Assembly: GCA_041937175.2 (NCBI GenBank)
Contig: CP166615.1
Span: forward strand, 3,904,001-3,968,000
Reading direction: 5' to 3'
Length of the DNA stretch: 64,000 bases
DNA from: Limnothrix sp. BL-A-16
GTDB taxonomy: Bacteria; Cyanobacteriota; Cyanobacteriia; CACIAM-69d
The translations under genes and the position numbers were made by a program. This document shows, piece after piece, positions 58,357-64,000 of the stretch (positions are counted from its first letter, which is position 1; each line of letters opens with the position of its first letter). The notes beneath the pieces are model-generated. The model had not been told where the DNA came from, did not search any database, and saw only the letters and a list, made by a program, of their open reading frames with translations.

Positions 58357-59397
58357 ATGAAAAATAAAACAAAACTTTGGGTTGGCATTGGTGCATATCT
58401 ATTAACCGCCCTGAGTCCCACGGGTTGTGCGGTTGCACCTCAGCAAAATGCAGCGGTCTCAACCCAGGGAGCGGTCTCACCTGGGGCTGAATCTCCCGTA
58501 GCTTCCGCCACAGCCTCGCCGGGGGCGGTGGCTTCGGAACTGGATCCCTGTCGGCGGGGGGCTGGCGGCGAAGGGGGCGAAGGGGGCGAAGGCGGTGAAG
58601 GGGGCGAAGGGGCCGAAGACAGCAGCGCTCCGGCCACGCCGAACCCGGCCATTAAGCCAGAGGAGTTGCAGAAGGCGGTGGCCGATTACAAGACCTATGT
58701 GGTGCAAGAGGTCGATCGCCTGGTAACTGATACGAAGGTGTTTACCGATCGGGTAATTGCCGGAGATGTGGCGGGGGCGAAAGCGGTGTATGGCTCATCG
58801 CGGTTGGGTTGGGAACGAATTGAGCCGATCGCCTCGTCCTTTGCGGCCCTGGATGGGGCGATCGATGCGCGGGTGGATGACTTTAAAGGGGAAGACGACC
58901 CCGCATTCACCGGCTTCCACCGCATTGAAATGGGGCTGTTTAAATACAACACCACCAAAGGTTATGAACCCTTTGCCCGCAAGCTGATGACGGATCTTGA
59001 GGGTCTGAAAACCTGTGTCGCTTCCTTAGAAATTGAGCCGAGGGATATGGTTCGGGGGGCTTCGGAACTGATTGAAGAAGTCTCCCTGGGCAAAATTACC
59101 GGCGAGGAAGATCGCTACAGCCGTCTGGATTTTTGGTCATTCCGCGCCAACTTGGAAGGTTCCCAAAAAGTGGTGGATTTGGTGCGGCCCATGGTGCAGC
59201 GAATTCAGCCCACGGTGTTGCAACGGGTCGATCGGGATTTTGCGGCCGTGAATCAGGTGTTGGAGAAATATAAGCTGCCCAATGGCGACTTCATGACCTA
59301 CGACAAACTTTCGGCCGCCGACAAAAAGCGCCTCCAGGCAGATTTGGCCAAGCTTGCGGAAAACATTTCCAAACTACGGGGCGTAATCGGCGTTTAG
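58357..59397 (+). CDS. efeO: EfeO/EfeM imelysin-like (M75) iron-binding lipoprotein
   Basis: WERIEPIA, IDAR.DD, FTGFHRIE (HxxE) and KITGEEDRYS; (GGE)n linker. Confidence 0.9.
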   Translation: MKNKTKLWVGIGAYLLTALSPTGCAVAPQQNAAVSTQGAVSPGAESPVASATASPGAVASELDPCRRGAGGEGGEGGEGGEGGEGAEDSSAPATPNPAIKPEELQKAVADYKTYVVQEVDRLVTDTKVFTDRVIAGDVAGAKAVYGSSRLGWERIEPIASSFAALDGAIDARVDDFKGEDDPAFTGFHRIEMGLFKYNTTKGYEPFARKLMTDLEGLKTCVASLEIEPRDMVRGASELIEEVSLGKITGEEDRYSRLDFWSFRANLEGSQKVVDLVRPMVQRIQPTVLQRVDRDFAAVNQVLEKYKLPNGDFMTYDKLSAADKKRLQADLAKLAENISKLRGVIGV

Positions 59398-59487
59398 GGC
59401 TAACTAACCGTTATCCCATCCCCACCACTGCTTGCTATACCAACGGGCCAGACATCGTTTTTGAGGAGACACTCAGAGGACATATTC

Positions 59488-60735
59488 ATGGTAAAACCAC
59501 GCTTTTCCTGGAGTCGGCGGCAACTCCTGGGACGGGGATTGGCGGTCGCCGTTGGTGCAGGCTTGGGCCTGTGGCAAGGTCAGCGCTGGTGGGGCGATCG
59601 CTCCCAGGCCGCTGCCCTGACGGAGGCGATTCCCTTTTGGGGCCCCCACCAACCGGGCATCGCGACACCGGATGTAGCCGCTGCCCTGGTGGTGGCTCTG
59701 GACGTGACCGCGCGCGATCGCCAGGAGCTGACCCAACTGTTTCAAACCCTGACCGATCGAATTGCCTACTTGATGGCCGGGGGGGCCCTGAAACCCTTGG
59801 ATCAGCGTTATCCCCCCAGCGGCTCCGGCATTTTGGGCGACGAATTTCCCGCCGATCGGCTCACGGTCACTGTTTCCGTGGGGGCTTCTCTGTTTGACCA
59901 GCGCTATGGTCTAGCCGCCGCCAAACCCCGTCATTTGACGGAAATGCCCAATTTCCCGAACGATCGCCTCGATCCCCAGCTTTGCCATGGCGACTTGCTC
60001 TTGCAGTTTTGCGCCAACCACGAAGAAACCAACATCCACGCCCTGCGCGACATCCTGAAGCAATTGTCGGGGTTGGTGGTTTTGCGCTGGCAAATGGCCG
60101 GTTTCCAACAGCCCGATCGCGATCCCCATCCCCGCCGTACCACCGTTCGCAACCTGTTGGGTTTCAAGGACGGCACGGTGAATCCGAACCCGAAGGATGA
60201 GGCGGTAATGAACCGGTTGGTGTGGGTGACTCAGAACAACCAAGAACCGGCCTGGACGGTCGGCGGTTCCTATCATGTGGTGCGAATTATTCGGATGTTT
60301 GTGGAGTTTTGGGATCGAACTCCCTTGGATGAGCAAGAGGCGGTGATGGGACGATCGCGCAGTAGCGGCGCTCCCTTGGGTTATCGCCACGAGGAAGATA
60401 TTCCGAATTATCAACGGGCTGGCAAAGCCATTCCCCTCGACTCCCATATTCGATTGGCAAATCCGCGCAATCCCGGCATGGGAGAACATCAAATTTTACG
60501 CAAGGGATTCCACTACTCTCGCGACATCGATCGCGCTGGCCAGTTGGACATGGGCTTGCTCTTTTTGGCCTTTCAACAGGATGTGAAAACGGGCTTTGAA
60601 GCCATCCAAAATCGATTGAATGGTGAACCCTTGGAGGAATACATTAAGCCGATCGGGGGTGGCTACTTTTTTGCCCTTCCCGGCGTGGCCGATCGCGGCA
60701 GTTACTTGGGCCAGTCCCTGTTGCGATCGGTGTAA
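59488..60735 (+). CDS. efeB: EfeB Dyp-type peroxidase, Tat substrate
   Basis: SRRQLL Tat motif, HQPGI.TP, RNLLGFKDGT, SHIRLANPR and LEEYIKPIGGGYFF. Confidence 0.93.
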   Translation: MVKPRFSWSRRQLLGRGLAVAVGAGLGLWQGQRWWGDRSQAAALTEAIPFWGPHQPGIATPDVAAALVVALDVTARDRQELTQLFQTLTDRIAYLMAGGALKPLDQRYPPSGSGILGDEFPADRLTVTVSVGASLFDQRYGLAAAKPRHLTEMPNFPNDRLDPQLCHGDLLLQFCANHEETNIHALRDILKQLSGLVVLRWQMAGFQQPDRDPHPRRTTVRNLLGFKDGTVNPNPKDEAVMNRLVWVTQNNQEPAWTVGGSYHVVRIIRMFVEFWDRTPLDEQEAVMGRSRSSGAPLGYRHEEDIPNYQRAGKAIPLDSHIRLANPRNPGMGEHQILRKGFHYSRDIDRAGQLDMGLLFLAFQQDVKTGFEAIQNRLNGEPLEEYIKPIGGGYFFALPGVADRGSYLGQSLLRSV

Positions 60736-60768
60736 TTGCGATCGATCTAATTCAGAAGGTACAGCTTA

Positions 60769-60910
60769 GGGCCTGTCGTCATTTAACCCGAAACCCTAGA
60801 TCTACCGTTAGCGGATCGTGAGGGACAAGGGGCTTGAGCATCTTGCTACGACGGTTAGGACACAGAAGATCAGCCGTTCTAGCATCACCTCGAAAAATGA
60901 CGACAAGCCC
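60769..60910. mobile_element. MITE family B
   Basis: TIRs GGGCCTGTCGTCATTT / AAATGACGACAAGCCC (one mismatch), TA on both sides, degenerate CAAGGGGCTTGAGCATCTTG inside. Confidence 0.8.
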
Positions 60911-60913
60911 TAA

Positions 60914-61044
60914 GAGGATGTCTGAAAAGTATCTTTTGGCCTGTGCCAAACACCAATAGTTGTGGGGGCAAGGGGCTTAAGCCCCTTGTCTCCGTCGATC
61001 CCTGGGGCGTACAGGGTAGCAATTTTGGCTTTTCAGACATCCTT
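60914..61044 (-). mobile_element. MITE family A, copy 3 (inverted)
   Basis: GAGGATGTCTGAAAAG...CTTTTCAGACATCCTT with TAA target duplication. The interior closely matches the reverse complement of copy 2. Confidence 0.9.
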
Positions 61045-61147
61045 TAAGGCGCATTGACTCAACCAATTGAGCGAATCAATCGATCAATTGAATCAATCAA
61101 TCGATCGAATGAATTAAGCAGGGTAATTCAGACCGAATTGGACTGAG

Positions 61148-62164
61148 CTAGATCGAATAATGCAGCGGAAACGCCTTCGCTCCCTTGGGCTTGACGTAAA
61201 CCCGTTGCTGGGGCGAAAGATCTAATTCATCAAATCGTTCCCGTGTTAGATGGGCCGTCATCACCTGCCCATCATCCAACACCAATTCCGCCTGAATTTC
61301 CCAACCCAAATGCACCAGCCGACTAATCCGGGCCGGAGCCGTGGCCCTGTCCGGTGTTAGCTCAATCACCACATCATGGGGTCGCAAGAAAATTTCCGGC
61401 TCCGTGGAAGCAATGCCATGGGCTTGGAAGATTTGGGAATCGCTGGGCAGAATGTTCACCGGCCCAATGAACTTCATCACAAAAGGCGTGGCGGGGCGAT
61501 CGTAAATTTCAGCGGGCGAACCAATTTGTTCAATGCGCCCATGATTCACAATCACGATTTCATCGGCCACTTCCATCGCTTCCTCTTGGTCGTGGGTCAC
61601 AAAAACCGTGGTCACATGCACTTCATCGTGCAAACGCCGCAACCAGGCCCGTAAATCCTTGCGCACCCTGGCATCCAATGCCCCAAAGGGTTCATCCAAC
61701 AGCAACACCTTCGGTTCCACAGCCAACGCCCGCGCCAGGGCCACCCGTTGCCGTTGGCCGCCGGACAGTTGGGAGGGGTAGCGATCGCCCAACCCCGAAA
61801 GCTGCACCAACTCCAGCAGCTCATCTACCCGCTGGCGCACCTTGGCGCGATCGGCCTTTTGTAACTCCAACCCAAAGCCAATGTTTTGGCGCACGGTCAT
61901 GTGCTTAAACAGGGCGTAGTGCTGAAACACAAAGCCGATGTTGCGCTCTTGTACGGTTTGGTCGGTGGCATCTTTGCCGGTGAGCCAAATGCGCCCGCTG
62001 TCTGGCTTTTCGAGACCGGCAATCAACCGCAGCAAGGTTGATTTCCCAGACCCCGACGCACCCAACAGGGCCACTAGCGAACCGGACTCTAAGCTAAGGC
62101 TGACGTTATCGACGGCCAGGAAATCGCCAAAGCGTTTGGTGACGTTTTCTACGACGATGCCCAC
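61148..62164 (-). CDS. cysA: sulfate ABC transporter ATP-binding protein
   Basis: [41 protein letters not shown] and a TOBE C-terminus. Confidence 0.93.
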   Translation of the reverse strand: MGIVVENVTKRFGDFLAVDNVSLSLESGSLVALLGASGSGKSTLLRLIAGLEKPDSGRIWLTGKDATDQTVQERNIGFVFQHYALFKHMTVRQNIGFGLELQKADRAKVRQRVDELLELVQLSGLGDRYPSQLSGGQRQRVALARALAVEPKVLLLDEPFGALDARVRKDLRAWLRRLHDEVHVTTVFVTHDQEEAMEVADEIVIVNHGRIEQIGSPAEIYDRPATPFVMKFIGPVNILPSDSQIFQAHGIASTEPEIFLRPHDVVIELTPDRATAPARISRLVHLGWEIQAELVLDDGQVMTAHLTRERFDELDLSPQQRVYVKPKGAKAFPLHYSI

Positions 62165-62282
62165 GATGCCGCTGCTCCCGATGCGAAAGGTTGACCCCCA
62201 TTATGCAATGGATAGGTCGCCGATCGATTGCATAAACCCCGCTTTCTCGGTCGTGTTACCGGGGTTTTGTCGGGTTCGCAGC

Positions 62283-63260
62283 CTAGTTTTCTCCCGTGGC
62301 ATCGGCCGATCGCCCCAGTCGATCGAGCCATTGGCGCAAGAGGGCATTCACCTGATCGGGCGCTTCATCGTGGGGACAATGGCCTGCTCCCTCGATCGGC
62401 ACAAACTCCAAACGCGGTGAACAACCGACAAATTGTTGGGACAGGGCAAAGGGAATCAGTCGATCGCGCGTTCCCCACAACAGGAGCACCGGAATTTGGA
62501 TGTGGTTCAACACCCGCCGAATGGGGGGCGAAAACCGACTGCTGGCCATGGCGCGGATAATTTGGGCAAAGGTGCGGGCCGCCCCCCGATCGCGGGCCGG
62601 TTCTGTCAAAATTTCCACCAACTCCGGATCGATCGCCCCGGGATCTCCCCAAGCCAAGCCAGCCCAGCGCCGCACCACGGCCGGCCGGCGCACCCCATAA
62701 AAAACAGCCTGCAACAGCCAGGGAGAAGCCACCAAAGCCTCCAGCCCGAGCACCAGCGGGCGCAGGGCCCTGGGAATGATCTCCTCGCGCATAGATGGAT
62801 CGGGCAAGCTAATCGCCACGGCCCCACAAACCATTTCGGGGTAGCATTCCGCCACCGTGAGGGCAATGGCCGAGCCGATCGAGTTGCCCACCACCACCGC
62901 CGGAACCCCGATGAAGGTTTGCCAAAAATCCCGCACCTGTTCCGCCCAAAAGTAGGCATCGTAGGCCACCGAAGGTTTGCAGGATGCGCCAAAGCCCACC
63001 AAATCGAGGGCATAAACCGGGTGGTGGGTGGCCAAGGCTTCCATGTTGGAGCGCCAATAGCCGATCGAGGCCCCGAACCCATGCAGCAACAAAATGGGCG
63101 GCCCGCCATTCACCGCCGGCCCGGGCAGGAAACTGTAGCGGGTTGACCAACCGCGCCAAACCCAATCACGCCGATCGCCCACGCGATCGACCCACGATCG
63201 CGCCGGGAGTTGAGGGACTGGGGGTTGCTGGTCGGTTGTGGCCAGTGGAGTTGCGTTCAT
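62283..63260 (-). CDS. alpha/beta fold hydrolase
   Basis: LLHGFGAS, DLVGFGAS, GNSIG nucleophile elbow and AGHCPHDE. Confidence 0.92.
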   Translation of the reverse strand: MNATPLATTDQQPPVPQLPARSWVDRVGDRRDWVWRGWSTRYSFLPGPAVNGGPPILLLHGFGASIGYWRSNMEALATHHPVYALDLVGFGASCKPSVAYDAYFWAEQVRDFWQTFIGVPAVVVGNSIGSAIALTVAECYPEMVCGAVAISLPDPSMREEIIPRALRPLVLGLEALVASPWLLQAVFYGVRRPAVVRRWAGLAWGDPGAIDPELVEILTEPARDRGAARTFAQIIRAMASSRFSPPIRRVLNHIQIPVLLLWGTRDRLIPFALSQQFVGCSPRLEFVPIEGAGHCPHDEAPDQVNALLRQWLDRLGRSADATGEN

Positions 63261-63728
63261 TGGGTACTTTGGCCGAATACTTTTGATCGAGCGGCCTCGA
63301 TGATCGAATGGCCTCGATCGAGGCACTGGATCACAAGGGCCATCGTGATTAAGTTGCCTGGATCAAATACTAAGAAATCTTGCGAATTTATTGACATCCT
63401 TAGCTGCACCTTAGCCGATCAAACCGCCTATTTCCAAGGTGTGATCGCCCGAAAAGTCCCTCATCCCATCCACCCCTGGCACAGAGTAAAATAGGTGGCA
63501 GTCCCTGTTGTTTTGGGCCCAGTTTGTCCCGCAGCAGCCAGACGCTGGATGGTTCAATACCGTTCGACACCATTCAATTGATTGCTCGATCGTGCTAAGA
63601 CGGAAGCAAATCGCCTCAATCGCCCCATGCGATCGGCTGTTTCCCGCCTTAGCAACGCTGGCCCAGCCTAAATAAACTTCAAAAGCTCCATTCACAGCGA
63701 TCGCGCTACCCCAGAATCCATTTCACCA

Positions 63729-64000
63729 ATGCCACCAGTCATCGACAAACGCAAACCCGCGAATCTTCCCCCCATCAACGAAAACATCCGCTTTCCCGAA
63801 GTGCGCCTGATTGATGCGGACGGCGCACAGGTTGGAATCATCCCCACCTACGACGCACGCCGCATGGCCGAGGAAAAGGAACTAGACCTCGTGCTGATTA
63901 GTGACAAGGCCGTGCCGCCCGTTTGCCGGATCATGGACTACGGCAAATATAAGTTTGAGCAAGAAAAGAAGGCGCGCGAGGCCAAGAAGAAGCAGCACAC
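63729..64000 (+). CDS. infC: translation initiation factor IF-3 (5' part, runs off the window)
   Basis: Manual translation gives ...[17 protein letters not shown]...[39 protein letters not shown]. Confidence 0.95.
   Translation, partial: MPPVIDKRKPANLPPINENIRFPEVRLIDADGAQVGIIPTYDARRMAEEKELDLVLISDKAVPPVCRIMDYGKYKFEQEKKAREAKKKQH

Noticed and set aside
1..64000. Very frequent GCGATCGC/CGATCG as a novel repeat
   Set aside because: This is the well-known cyanobacterial HIP1.

Overview
A 64 kb stretch of cyanobacterial chromosome. The assignment rests on dense HIP1 GCGATCGC/CGATCG motifs plus psbDC, ycf4, ycf34, CP12 and bilin lyases; a filamentous Limnothrix-like host is my inference only. Most of it is core genome: the rplS-trnW-secE-nusG-rplKAJL cluster, fabF-like/cyclophilin/ycf4/psbD/psbC, rpmF, pyrF, ureG, cysA and the 5' part of infC. 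Accessory segments are: (1) a probable defence island (about 17.3-23.7 kb) in which an xisH-xisI pair splits a type III-like mod and res, Res carries an extra C-terminal HEPN-like domain, and GTAG-type REP hairpins lie at the border and in frame inside both genes; (2) an orphan HEPN-like gene between tandem-repeat arrays; (3) an IS200/IS605 relic reduced to the tnpB tail and right end, roughly the omegaRNA region; (4) an AT-richer block (45.6-57.3 kb) with an FAD oxidoreductase carrying an inserted winged-HTH and two large sensor kinases; (5) a piuC / efeO-efeB iron locus with no efeU; (6) two MITE families sharing a 20-bp palindrome that also occurs free inside a gene. I found no CRISPR array or rRNA. 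All calls come from motif recognition by eye; no searches were run.
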